NCBI GenBank assembly: GCA_050246315.1
Contig: JBFWWG010000007.1
Span: forward strand, 96,001 to 160,000
DNA: 64,000 nt
Reading direction: 5' to 3'
From: Nitrospiraceae bacterium
Lineage (GTDB): Bacteria > Nitrospirota > Nitrospiria > Nitrospirales > Nitrospiraceae
Numbering within the stretch: the first letter of the stretch is position 1; each line of letters starts with the position of its first letter. Shown piece by piece: positions 1 to 9,399 of the stretch. Under the pieces are notes generated by a model. That model did not search any database. It had not been told where the DNA came from and saw nothing but the letters and a program-made list of their open reading frames with translations. The position numbers and the translations under genes are program-made.

Positions 1-258
1 AACATCATTGTTGGTGTAGAAGATAAGCCGGGCGCCGGCGAGATCGCGCCGGTCACGGTCCAGCGTCTGTGTATCCATTTTGCCGTCCTCAGCTAGGCGG
101 CGCCGTAGACTTTCGATCCCTTTTGCACGGCACTGAACTGACTGAGGCCGGGGCAGGTTTGAGGCAGCTAGCAACGCCTTCTCCAAGATGAAGCGGACCG
201 TTTCAGCAAAGGCTTCATAGGTCCCAAAATACTTCTTTTCGTAGTCGTTAAGGTTCAC
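1..258 (-). CDS. RelA/SpoT-like nucleotidyltransferase domain protein (N-terminal 86 aa; runs off the window)
   Basis: Manual translation from GTG at 258: MNLNDYEKKYFGTYEAF...QCRAKGIESLRRRL...RRDLAGARLIFYTNNDV. The RxKxxxS and DLAGxR motifs are typical of the RelA_SpoT domain. Not in the ORF track. Confidence 0.7.
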   Translation of the reverse strand, partial: MNLNDYEKKYFGTYEAFAETVRFILEKALLAASNLPRPQSVQCRAKGIESLRRRLAEDGKMDTQTLDRDRRDLAGARLIFYTNNDV

Positions 259-644
259 GACACTCAGATTTCGCTTCGAAGTTCATTCAGCACAATCACC
301 GACGACCGGAGGAGCGTGCGTACGTCTGAAGCTAACACGGCGCACCTTGGTGGCTTGAGCGCCGTATAGAGTCACGTCCGCTTCTGGTCGATAGGGACCA
401 TCCCCGGAAGAGTCGCCGCGTGGTGTTCAATACCGCATAACTATAAGTCTGCTGCAGCCTCCCCGTGCAGCCTAGCACGGTGCCCTCTACTACTCCTCCC
501 CGCTCAGGCGAAGCGGCCATGTAGGCTCCCACTGCGCGTGTCCAACGAGGCCCTGCGTTCCTTCTCACCCGCCCCCCCGTGGCGCCGATACGCCACGTTT
601 CCCGCAGGGCGCGCGTTGCACGAGCCGACTCCAAATATAACGTT

Positions 645-1065
645 CCTTCCAAGCTTGCTCGTCGTCTCGTTCTACCGGAAGGACACTCGTGCTGGTCCCA
701 CTGCGGCCATCGAATGACTCTAATGTGCTCCTTCCAAGCTTGCTCACTGATATTCTTTCAGCAGGTAACTGGTAGGGTCTGAACTGCGCGCATCGAGGGA
801 GCACATTCCGATCGTGCGGCCTCTGCGAGCATAGACCCTACCAGTTACCTCGCCCCTTCTCCGCGGACTCTGGTAGCAAGGGATCGGCATGAGTGTCCTT
901 CCACTTCCTCTTCCTGCGCGTTCTGCGAGCACGGAAGGCAGACCGACCGCCAGACTTACCCTTTCACTACTTCAGTCGGGTGAGCTGGCTCATGCCCTCC
1001 TATTGCGCGCATCGAGGGAGCACATTCCGATCGTGCGGCCTCTGCGAGCACGGGAGGGCATGAGC
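645..1065. repeat. Array of hairpin repeats with a conserved core and variable stems
   Basis: Identical 47-bp core at 785-831 and 1004-1050, closed by different perfect inverted repeats (763-780/833-850, 18 bp; 988-1000/1053-1065, 13 bp). A shorter unit lies at 910-937, and CCTTCCAAGCTTGCTC occurs at 645 and 730. Confidence 0.85.
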
Positions 1066-1084
1066 CTGATCACCCTCCCCTTTC

Positions 1085-1483
1085 TCACCCACCTCCCATC
1101 ACCGGGCTTCCATGATGGTGGATCATCAACCACTCATCCCCCACGCGCTCAAATAAGTTGGTCGCCAGAATCTTGGTCTGCACGGTGGCATCGTCCTGCT
1201 TGGTCGTCAGGTTCTCCGTGCAAATTACCCAGGCCACATCGCCGGCGACCTGGACCTCGACATCGGTCAATTCGAACTTCATGTCGAAGGTGTGGTTGAA
1301 AATCAGCACCCAAGAATCCCGCACCGCCGGCCAGCCTGAACGGAGTCCCCATCCGGGATGGATGCAGGTGACATAGTCTTGCTGGAGCCAGATCTTGTCC
1401 ATCTGCGTGATATCGAGGCTCTCGAAGGCTTCGTAAAACGCCTGGTTGACGCGCGCCACTTCTTCAATCCGTTGTTCAATCAT
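1085..1483 (-). CDS. SnoaL/NTF2-like domain protein
   Basis: N-terminal 'NQAFYEAFESLD', 'CIHPGW..L.GW..VRDSW' and C-terminal 'W.MIHHHGSP'. Confidence 0.85.
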   Translation of the reverse strand: MIEQRIEEVARVNQAFYEAFESLDITQMDKIWLQQDYVTCIHPGWGLRSGWPAVRDSWVLIFNHTFDMKFELTDVEVQVAGDVAWVICTENLTTKQDDATVQTKILATNLFERVGDEWLMIHHHGSPVMGGG

Positions 1484-1740
1484 GAGGGCTCCTCGGTGAC
1501 CGGCATTGTTCGCGAACGCTGCTGCCGCAACCGCAAGTCGATCCGCTAGGTCTAATGATCAATGGACGGTTTCGTCACGAACCTTCGTGAGCAATGCGGG
1601 CTTGAAAGATCCCATGATACCGCAGACTTGCGCGGCGTGGCGAGGCACAAAGCGAGCGCCCGGCAGGCAGCGCGCCGTTCGACCGATGCAGGACGAGTTG
1701 TCAACGCTCGATGAGAGGAGAAACCAGACCGGAAGGAAAT

Positions 1741-2028
1741 CTACCGTGAGGACTTGGCTTGCGATGGCTTCTGCTTGATCGAGGGCTGATCTCGCACCGG
1801 TTGAAGAGCGCCGGGAGCACTATCCATGCGCAAGGCACGGATCATCGCCTGGCGCGACGCAAAGGACCTGCCGGCCAGCGGCCCCTTCTCACAGAGGTAC
1901 CCAGTCTTCACCCGATGGCAATCATGACGGTCCACCGGGCGGCTTTTCGCCCAGAGACTGTTCGGCAGGCCCACAACCAGGACTACCCCTGCGATGACCC
2001 CTGCCATGAAGGTTGTTCTCTTGTTCAT
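1741..2028 (-). CDS. Small exported hypothetical protein
   Basis: AGGAGG RBS before MNKRTTF; signal-peptide-like hydrophobic stretch; two Cys. Confidence 0.6.
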   Translation of the reverse strand: MNKRTTFMAGVIAGVVLVVGLPNSLWAKSRPVDRHDCHRVKTGYLCEKGPLAGRSFASRQAMIRALRMDSAPGALQPVRDQPSIKQKPSQAKSSR

Positions 2029-2130
2029 ACGTCCTCCTGCGCGTGCTGCCATGGGAGGAAGTATAGCAGGCGGACCATACCTGGCCCGGCCAGAGACCGT
2101 CGGTGGAATGAAGTAGGAGACGGCGGGAGG

Positions 2131-3072
2131 TTACCCGGAAGGTTCCTTGGTCTGATAGCCCACGAGCCACACGCCGGCCAGGATCAGGACGATCCCCAGA
2201 GCTTCCCTCGGCCCTACTGCTTCGCCCAGAATCAGGGCGGATAGGAGCAGTGCAGAGACAGGGATGAGGTTCACGAAAACTCCAGCACGTGAGGGACCGA
2301 CTCCCTGAACCCCATAGAGCCAGGCCTGCTGACCGAGCGCCGTGGCAAAGACAATGAGGTAGCCGAGCGCCACCCATCCGCCAGTGGAGACCGTCGTCCA
2401 GCCCTCCTGCATCACCTTCTGGTCGGACCACAACAGCGGGATCTGCAGGACAATCGAGATGAGCAGCGTGGTCCAATTGATCGTGAGCGGCGACAGGCGG
2501 TCCATGACCGATCCGCTGCCGATGGTATAGAGCGCCCAACTGACCAATCCGAGGAGCACCAATGTTCCGCCCAACCAGGGATTATCGCCCGCGGCGCTCT
2601 CTCCACCCCCACCCGACACGAGCGCCACCCCGGCAAAGGACAGGGCGCTGCCGGCCACAACCTTTCGAAAGGGCACGTCTTTGATGAGCAGGGAGGACAA
2701 CAGCGCCGTAATGGCCGGGCTTGCTCCGATAATCACTCCCGCCGCCGCCGCACCAATGTAGCGCAGGCCGAAGAGGGTCAGCAGGTGATTGCCCAAGACG
2801 GCGAGACCCAACAGCGCAAGCAGCCACCGGTCCCGACCCACGAGCCGAATCGATCGGCCCTCCTGCAACCACCAGAGCGGAATCAGGATGGCCAGCGCAC
2901 CGATTCCCCGCAGCACCGACACCTCAACGGCAGAGAACGACGCCAACGCATATTTCTGCCCGACGATCGACCCGCCCCAGAGCACCGCGGCCAGAGTCAA
3001 CGAACCGTAGGCGATCGCCACCGAAGGAGAGGCCATACCGCTGGGGATAACAGCGTCATGACGACCCGTCAA
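2131..3072 (-). CDS. DMT/EamA family transporter
   Basis: About 10 hydrophobic segments in two EamA-like repeats (LWGGS..., GPSRAGVFVNLIPVSA). Confidence 0.9.
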   Translation of the reverse strand: MTGRHDAVIPSGMASPSVAIAYGSLTLAAVLWGGSIVGQKYALASFSAVEVSVLRGIGALAILIPLWWLQEGRSIRLVGRDRWLLALLGLAVLGNHLLTLFGLRYIGAAAAGVIIGASPAITALLSSLLIKDVPFRKVVAGSALSFAGVALVSGGGGESAAGDNPWLGGTLVLLGLVSWALYTIGSGSVMDRLSPLTINWTTLLISIVLQIPLLWSDQKVMQEGWTTVSTGGWVALGYLIVFATALGQQAWLYGVQGVGPSRAGVFVNLIPVSALLLSALILGEAVGPREALGIVLILAGVWLVGYQTKEPSG

Positions 3073-3125
3073 GGATTATTTCCGGCCGATTGTAGATTCG
3101 ACTACCGTGGCGGCAGGCCTGGGCG

Positions 3126-3779
3126 CTACGACGCGCCGAATTCCGGCTTCACCATCAATATGCCGTCTCTGATGGTCACCAGCACCGCGCTGACGAGCGG
3201 ATCGTCCGCGACTAGACGGTTCAGATCCTGGATAGTCCTGGTCCGATCGTCAGGAGGAGGTTGCAGAAGCACATCGCCCGACCAGAGCACATTGTCGATC
3301 AGGATCGCTCCCGTCGGCGCGATCAGCTCCAGGGCTCGCTGATAATACTGGATGTAATTCTGCTTGTCGGCATCGATGAAGATGAGATCGAACGGCCCCC
3401 GGACCTCCCGCAAGGTCTCCAGCGCAGGCCCTTCCCGGATCGTGATCTTCCTGCCGTGCCCGCTCTTCGCGAAATAGCGCCGTGCCACGAGGATCGGCTC
3501 GAGGTCGATCTCGCAGGTAAGCAGCTCGCCATCTGAGGGCAACGCCTCCGCCATTGAAAGGGCGCTATAGCCGGTGAACATGCCGATCTCCAGCACCCGC
3601 CTGGCCCTGACCAGCTTGACCATCATCTTGAGAAAGGCGGCCTCCAACGGTCCGACCAGCATTCTGGCCAATTCCATCGTGCGTTCCGTCTCTTCCCGCA
3701 GCTCGCGACAAACGGCCGACTCGCCCATAGAATGTTGTTCCGCATAGGCTTCGATCTCGGGACGCACCAACTCTTCCAT
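3126..3779 (-). CDS. O-methyltransferase (caffeoyl-CoA OMT / Methyltransf_3 family)
   Basis: VLEIGMFTGYS, FDLIFIDADK and IDNVLWSG motifs. Confidence 0.92.
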   Translation of the reverse strand: MEELVRPEIEAYAEQHSMGESAVCRELREETERTMELARMLVGPLEAAFLKMMVKLVRARRVLEIGMFTGYSALSMAEALPSDGELLTCEIDLEPILVARRYFAKSGHGRKITIREGPALETLREVRGPFDLIFIDADKQNYIQYYQRALELIAPTGAILIDNVLWSGDVLLQPPPDDRTRTIQDLNRLVADDPLVSAVLVTIRDGILMVKPEFGAS

Positions 3780-3866
3780 TTCAGACCTCCCCTGTGAAAC
3801 ACTTTCCTCACACCCTGGCGGGCGCTGTGCTCAAACTGTTCGCCATCATGCCGGAGGAGGTCGATC

Positions 3867-5417
3867 GTGGCAACACTCAGGACCCTTGATCCGTTACGCA
3901 CGCAGCTTCATACAATCCAACAGATCAACAGCGCGGCCTCGCTCTTATCCTGGGATATGGAAACCTACATGCCAGCCGGAGGCGGCGCGGCTCGGGCCGA
4001 TCACATCGCCACCCTGCAAGGACTGGCGCACGATCGCCTGGTGTCCTCCGATATCGAACGGTTGCTGGGCCAATGGCTGGATCTCCAGACCGGCAACCTC
4101 CAAGCACGCCCTGCAGATCCCTGGGATGAATCGGCCAAGGCGCTGCTTCGGGAGGTCTGGCGGGATTACAGCCGGGCCAAGAAACTCCCGTCCGATTTTG
4201 TCGTCAGGCTCGGCCGCGAATGTTCCCTGGCTCAGCAGGTATGGGTAGAGGCGCGCACCAAGAACGACTTCAAGCGATTCCTCCCCAACCTCACCACCAT
4301 CCTCGCATTGAAAAAGGAAGAGGCAGCCTATCTGGGCTACGCCCATTCCCCGTATGACGCCCTGCTCGATCATTACGAGCCCGGTGCCACCGCGAGCCAA
4401 CTCGTTCCCCTGTTCGAGGAATTGAAGGCGCGACTGGTCCCCTTGCTCAAGGCCGTGCTGGCCAGCCCGGTTTCGATTGACGATCACTGTCTGCATGAGC
4501 GCTATGACCCGGTGCGCCAGATGGAATTCGGCCGGGTGGTCTTAACGGCGATGGGATACGACTTTGAGCGCGGCCGTCTGGACTTGTCCGCCCATCCCTT
4601 TACGACATCGTTCCATCCGACCGACGTACGAGTCACCACCAGGGTCTCTGAACGGGACCTCGCATCCTGCCTGTTCAGTTGCATCCACGAGGGGGGGCAT
4701 GGGTTGTACGACCAGGGCCTGGACCCGGCTCACTATGGCACCCCGCTCGGCGACACAATCTCGCTCGGCATCCACGAGAGCCAGTCCCGTCTCTGGGAGA
4801 ACTGTGTCGGCCGATCCCGTCCGTTTTGGCGAGGCTTTTATCCGCTGCTGCAACAGAGCTTCCCGGAGCAACTGAGCAGGGTGCCGCTTGATCGCTTCTA
4901 TGCCGCGATCAATAAAGTGCAACCCTCGCTGATCCGGGTGGAGGCTGACGAGTTAACCTACAATTTGCACATCATGTTGCGCTTTGAGGTTGAACAGGAA
5001 TTGATTGAGGAGCGGCTCAGGGTCGAAGAGCTGCCGGAGAGCTGGCGCGAGAAAATGCGAACCTACCTCAATGTGGTTCCGGAGACCGATGCGGAAGGGG
5101 TCTTGCAGGACATCCATTGGTCGATGGGTGCATTCGGCTATTTTCCCACCTACACACTCGGCAACCTCTATTCGGTGCAGTTCTTCAATCAGGCCAAGCA
5201 GGAACTGATCGGGCTGGAGCAAGAGATCGAGGCTGGCCGGCTCACGGGACTTCGCCAGTGGCTCGGCCAGAAAATTCATCAATGGGGACGCATGTTCACC
5301 GCCGATCACTTAGTCCAGCGCGTCACGGGCCGGTCGCTGACTCCAAGCCCCTGGCTGTCCTACGTGGAGCAGAAATACGGCGAGTTATATCAGTTAGAGG
5401 GAAGATCGAAGTGTTGA
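3867..5417 (+). CDS. Carboxypeptidase M32 (Taq-type)
   Basis: HPF, HEGGH (HEXXH), HESQ, IRVEADE, QDIHW and YFPTY motifs. Confidence 0.95.
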   Translation: MATLRTLDPLRTQLHTIQQINSAASLLSWDMETYMPAGGGAARADHIATLQGLAHDRLVSSDIERLLGQWLDLQTGNLQARPADPWDESAKALLREVWRDYSRAKKLPSDFVVRLGRECSLAQQVWVEARTKNDFKRFLPNLTTILALKKEEAAYLGYAHSPYDALLDHYEPGATASQLVPLFEELKARLVPLLKAVLASPVSIDDHCLHERYDPVRQMEFGRVVLTAMGYDFERGRLDLSAHPFTTSFHPTDVRVTTRVSERDLASCLFSCIHEGGHGLYDQGLDPAHYGTPLGDTISLGIHESQSRLWENCVGRSRPFWRGFYPLLQQSFPEQLSRVPLDRFYAAINKVQPSLIRVEADELTYNLHIMLRFEVEQELIEERLRVEELPESWREKMRTYLNVVPETDAEGVLQDIHWSMGAFGYFPTYTLGNLYSVQFFNQAKQELIGLEQEIEAGRLTGLRQWLGQKIHQWGRMFTADHLVQRVTGRSLTPSPWLSYVEQKYGELYQLEGRSKC

Positions 5418-5455
5418 GTGCTGAGTGCTGAGTCTCAGTCCTCAGCCTTTTTTAA
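5412..5455. terminator. Heptamer-repeat hairpin between convergent genes
   Basis: GTGCTGA repeats followed by the inverted CTCAG units and a T-run. Confidence 0.5.
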
Positions 5456-6015
5456 TAGCCCATCAATTGGTTGAGCTTTGCCAGCGTGGTCGGGGAGAGC
5501 ATGAATTCTTCCTTGACCTCAATCCGATGTGGAACGAGCAGCGTCGTGTGGAAGACAATATCCCGAATGAAGATCTTGTTCTCTGGATTTTCAGGGGTGG
5601 TAAGTTCCACATCCTCTACGGACTTGATGATCTGGCTCGTATCCTGGGGACCGTAGTGCCCAATGACCGCCTGAATTAGGTCAACCACCTTGTGGTGCGT
5701 CTCGTTCGATTCGGCCTCTTTAGTCAGCAACGGAACGACCTCGTCCACCACCTGCTCGGTCACGGAAAAGTTCTCGACTCGCTCTTTTCGCCGAAGCGAC
5801 ATGAGATCGTTGTCGAGGTCCTTGCTGAACGCGCCGTAGGCAAATCGGAAATATTCGAAATGCAGGGCCCTGATCCCTTTGCTGAACAATTGCAACTCGC
5901 AGAGGAAACAGAGTTGCTGCAGCTTCACGTCGTTCAGCAACCCATGTGGCTCGGCCACATGCAGCACATACAGCAGCAGCGCCCGATCGATGGTCATATG
6001 GCTACTCTGCCTCAT
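5452..6015 (-). CDS. Panacea/SocA (DUF4065)-like protein
   Basis: 'VKLQQLCFLCE' and 'FEYFRFAYGAFSKDL' resemble the KLxKLxY and F..w.yGP.s..l motifs of the family. Confidence 0.55.
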   Translation of the reverse strand: MRQSSHMTIDRALLLYVLHVAEPHGLLNDVKLQQLCFLCELQLFSKGIRALHFEYFRFAYGAFSKDLDNDLMSLRRKERVENFSVTEQVVDEVVPLLTKEAESNETHHKVVDLIQAVIGHYGPQDTSQIIKSVEDVELTTPENPENKIFIRDIVFHTTLLVPHRIEVKEEFMLSPTTLAKLNQLMGY

Positions 6016-6093
6016 GCCGTACGTCCCCTCTCTAAGAGCCGATCCTGCCCACGCGTCGCAGGCTCGGCGGGCGATTCGGTTGGAAAGGGGTGC

Positions 6094-6122
6094 ACTATAG
6101 TGGCGGGCTTGAGGCCCGTCAA
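6094..6122 (-). promoter_or_regulatory. Sigma70-type promoter for the 5452..6015 gene
   Basis: TTGACG-17 bp-TATAGT on the minus strand. Confidence 0.65.
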
Positions 6123-6219
6123 CCTATTCCGTGGTAGAAAGAGCGCGTTCGGGTCTTTTTGATTCCCACCGTCTAGCCTCTTGACCAGATCACCCGTTTC
6201 GTTCTTAAATATCTGAATC

Positions 6220-6669
6220 ATGCCGAATCGAGCGACCATCGGAAAGCCCGTCAAGGAAATGGAGGACCTGCGCCATCATCTGTCCAAGCACAATCTGAAG
6301 CTCACCCGACAACGCGAGTTAATCCTCATCGAGTTTCTGAAGAAGGAACACATCACGGCAGAAGAGATGTACCACCAGCTCGCGAAGAAAGACCCTCATC
6401 TCGGCCTGGCCACCATTTATCGTACCCTCAACCTCTTCTGTGAAGTGGGGTTCGCCCAGGCTCGACATTTCGGGTCGCAAACACAGTACGACAACGTATC
6501 GCACAAGGGTCACCACGATCACCTCATCTGCACCGGATGCGGCAAGATCGTCGAATTCGAAAACGAGGACATCGAGCGTCTGCAGGAAGAAGTGGCCGGT
6601 GGACACGGCTTTGTCATCAAAACCCACAAGCTCGAACTCTACGGTCTCTGCTCCCAGTGCCGGAATTAA
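6220..6669 (+). CDS. fur: Ferric uptake regulator (Fur family)
   Basis: LKLTRQR, GLATIYRTL, HHDHLICTGCG and LYGLCSQC motifs; lies directly upstream of an iron ABC transporter. Confidence 0.93.
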   Translation: MPNRATIGKPVKEMEDLRHHLSKHNLKLTRQRELILIEFLKKEHITAEEMYHQLAKKDPHLGLATIYRTLNLFCEVGFAQARHFGSQTQYDNVSHKGHHDHLICTGCGKIVEFENEDIERLQEEVAGGHGFVIKTHKLELYGLCSQCRN

Positions 6670-6702
6670 CCTACCGCCTGGCCCATCACGAACAAGAATA
6701 GG

Positions 6703-7785
6703 TTGAAGATGATGAATCGATTCAACAGCCCGTCGGGGCCGGCTCCCAACCGACCACCCCACTCGCGATGGATGCCGCTGGTCGTCTGTTTATGCAGCGT
6801 GATCTTGATCCTGGCGTCGTCACCCGTGGCACAGGCGGCGGACAAGGACAAGCTGGTCGTGTACTCGGGGAGGAGCGAGCGCCTCATCAAACCCGTGTTG
6901 GATGCATTTCAAAGCAAGACGGGGATTCAGATCGAACTGCTGTCTTCCGGAACAACGGAACTCGTCAACCGCCTGCAGGTTGAAGGGGATCGTACGCCAG
7001 CCGATGTGTTGATCACCAACGATGCTGGCAGCCTCGAACGGGCCAGGGAACTGGGGTTGCTCCAGCCGCTCAAGCTTCACGACATCGACCGGGCGATTCC
7101 CGTCCAATATCGAGCCGCTGATCAGAGCTGGATCGGACTTTCCGGCCGGTTTTGGGTCATCGTCTACAACAAGAACCTCGTGAAGCCTGAGGAGATCGTC
7201 TCGCTTTTCGATCTGGCCAAGCCGAGCTGGAAGGACAAGATCGGGATTCCTAACGCCGGCAGCGAATACCTCCAAGCGGGAGTTTCAGTCATTAAAGAAA
7301 CCTATGGTGATCAGCGGACCAAAGAGTTTCTGAGCGGTCTGAAGCAGAACGCAGGGTCCAGAGTCTACGGGAAAAGCTCGCAGATTGTGGAAGCGGTCGC
7401 CAAAGGCGAGGTGGCGGTTGGCATCGTCAACCACTACTATATCTATCGCCATCTGGGGGCGAACCCTTCTGCGCCGATCGCCGCCATCATGCCGGACCAA
7501 CAGGCCGGCGGGATGGGCGCGATTTTGAACGTCGCCGGTATTGGCGTGACCAAGGCCAGTCATCGATTGGACAGCGCGCGTGCGCTTGCAGAATTTCTCG
7601 TCGGCCAATCCGGTCAACAGCTCTTCGCCGAACTTAATAAAGAATATCCCCTCCATCCGGACGTCAAGGCCGACCCTGCGCTCATCGAGCGAACTTCCTT
7701 CCGAGCGGCCCCCGTTCCTCTCGCCAAGCTCGCGGAACTCAGGGACCCGACGATGGCCCTGATTGAGGATGTTGGGCTTCGGTAG
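6703..7785 (+). CDS. fbpA: Fe(III) ABC transporter substrate-binding protein (FbpA/FutA family)
   Basis: Signal peptide; LVVYSGR, ADVLITNDAG, NHYY and EYP motifs. Confidence 0.9.
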   Translation: MKMMNRFNSPSGPAPNRPPHSRWMPLVVCLCSVILILASSPVAQAADKDKLVVYSGRSERLIKPVLDAFQSKTGIQIELLSSGTTELVNRLQVEGDRTPADVLITNDAGSLERARELGLLQPLKLHDIDRAIPVQYRAADQSWIGLSGRFWVIVYNKNLVKPEEIVSLFDLAKPSWKDKIGIPNAGSEYLQAGVSVIKETYGDQRTKEFLSGLKQNAGSRVYGKSSQIVEAVAKGEVAVGIVNHYYIYRHLGANPSAPIAAIMPDQQAGGMGAILNVAGIGVTKASHRLDSARALAEFLVGQSGQQLFAELNKEYPLHPDVKADPALIERTSFRAAPVPLAKLAELRDPTMALIEDVGLR

Positions 7786-7800
7786 TCGCGTTCAGCCCCC

Positions 7801-9390
7801 ATGACCGCGACAGTTCTCCGTCATCACCTGCTGTCGCCCCTTCAATTACTCGTCCTCCTGATTGCTGGCACCCTCTGCCTTCCATTGGGGTATGTGCTGG
7901 TGCAGGCGGCGACCACAGATCCGGCCTTGTGGAGCCGCTTGTGGCGGACCAGGTTACCTGAGTTGCTGGTCAACACCGCCTCGCTCGCTGTGACGGTATC
8001 CGGAGTCACGCTGCTCCTCGGCCTGTCCCTTGCCTGGCTTGTCACACGATATGAATTTCCGGGACGGACGATCTGGGAATGGGCCCTCATTCTGCCGCTG
8101 GCGATGCCGACCTTTGTACTGGCCTACGTCTATGCTCACCTGCTTTCAACCGGCGGCCCGGTGGACCGGCTTTGGCAGGTGGTGGCGGGACCCGATCATC
8201 ACGTGTTTGCCCCGCAAAGCTTGACCGGGGTGACGCTCGTGATGGCGCTCGATACATTCCCCTTCGTCTACGTGCTCTGTCGCGCGGCCCTCCTCAACAT
8301 GAATCTCTCCTTCGAGGAGGTGGCGCGTGCCTGTGGCGTCGGTCGCTGGCCGACCTTCCTACGGGTCACCGTGCCGCTCCTCCGTCCGGCGATCTTTGCC
8401 GGTCTCTCGCTGGTGGTGCTCTACGTGGTCTCGGACTTCGGCGCAGTATCAATGTTGCGCTACCAGACACTGACCTACGCGGTCTACCAGCAGATGACGG
8501 GACGATACGATTATGCTGCAGCCAGCGTATTGAGTCTGCTGCTGGTCCTCTTTGCGCTGGTGTTTCTCCTCACCGAACGGTGGTTCAGGCGTCGCAGTCG
8601 GTTCTACCAAACCGCGGGACGGTTCCGACAAGCACCCAGACAATATCCCGGCCTGGGACAGCGACTCGGTATGACGCTGTATGTCGGAGTGATCTTCGCG
8701 CTCTCCTTCGGTATTCCGGCCTGGCTGTTGCTCATCTGGAGTGCCGGTGCGTTTCAGGAAGGTGTGCTCGACGCTCGCTTCTTCGACTTTACCTGGAACA
8801 GTGTCAGCCTTTCGGCGACAGCCGCGACCGGCGCGGTCCTGCTGGGAGCGCCGGTCGCTTATCTCAGCACCCGCCGACCAGGCTGGCTGAACCACTTCTG
8901 CCTACATGCCTCCTACGCGGGCTACGTGCTCCCTGGCCCGGTGGCCGCCCTGGCGCTGCTGGTCATCGTGCTGGCGTTGGCACCAGCCTGGTACGGGTCG
9001 GCAGCGGTGCTCATCCTTGCCTACATCCTGCATTTCCTCCCGGTCGGATTGCAGTCGCTGGAGCCCGCGATTCAACAAGTCACCCCCAATCTGGAGGAAG
9101 CGGCCCGCAGCCTCGGCAGTACCCTATGGGACACCATGCGACGCGTGACGCTCCCGCTCATCCGCAACGGATTCTTCGGGGCTTGGATTTTGATGTTCCT
9201 CCAATGTATGAAGGAACTGCCGGCCACGCTCTTGCTGCGCCCGGTGGGGTTCGATACCCTGGCCGTGCGGGTCTGGTTGGAGGCCAGCGAGGAACTCTAC
9301 ACGTTGGCCGCTGCGCCGGCCTTGTTGATCGTCTTATTCAGCCTGCCGGCCCTCGCGCTCCTGGTGGCACGGGACTGGCGGGCGGGGTGA
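7801..9390 (+). CDS. fbpB: Fe(III) ABC transporter permease
   Basis: Two EAA-type motifs (EEVARACG, EEAARSLG) and KELPATLLLRP. Confidence 0.92.
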   Translation: MTATVLRHHLLSPLQLLVLLIAGTLCLPLGYVLVQAATTDPALWSRLWRTRLPELLVNTASLAVTVSGVTLLLGLSLAWLVTRYEFPGRTIWEWALILPLAMPTFVLAYVYAHLLSTGGPVDRLWQVVAGPDHHVFAPQSLTGVTLVMALDTFPFVYVLCRAALLNMNLSFEEVARACGVGRWPTFLRVTVPLLRPAIFAGLSLVVLYVVSDFGAVSMLRYQTLTYAVYQQMTGRYDYAAASVLSLLLVLFALVFLLTERWFRRRSRFYQTAGRFRQAPRQYPGLGQRLGMTLYVGVIFALSFGIPAWLLLIWSAGAFQEGVLDARFFDFTWNSVSLSATAATGAVLLGAPVAYLSTRRPGWLNHFCLHASYAGYVLPGPVAALALLVIVLALAPAWYGSAAVLILAYILHFLPVGLQSLEPAIQQVTPNLEEAARSLGSTLWDTMRRVTLPLIRNGFFGAWILMFLQCMKELPATLLLRPVGFDTLAVRVWLEASEELYTLAAAPALLIVLFSLPALALLVARDWRAG

Positions 9391-9399
9391 TTTCCTAAC

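Noticed and set aside
328..395. GCTAAC and CGTCCGCTTCTGGTCGATAG as an attC-like recombination site
   Set aside because: No complete paired R/L boxes and no integrase gene in the window.
785..1050. 47-bp direct repeats as a possible CRISPR array
   Set aside because: Only two full copies, a 172-bp gap that is itself structured, and no cas genes in the window.
1..6015. RelA/SpoT gene and Panacea-like gene as a toxin-antitoxin pair
   Set aside because: They are over 5 kb apart with unrelated housekeeping genes between them.
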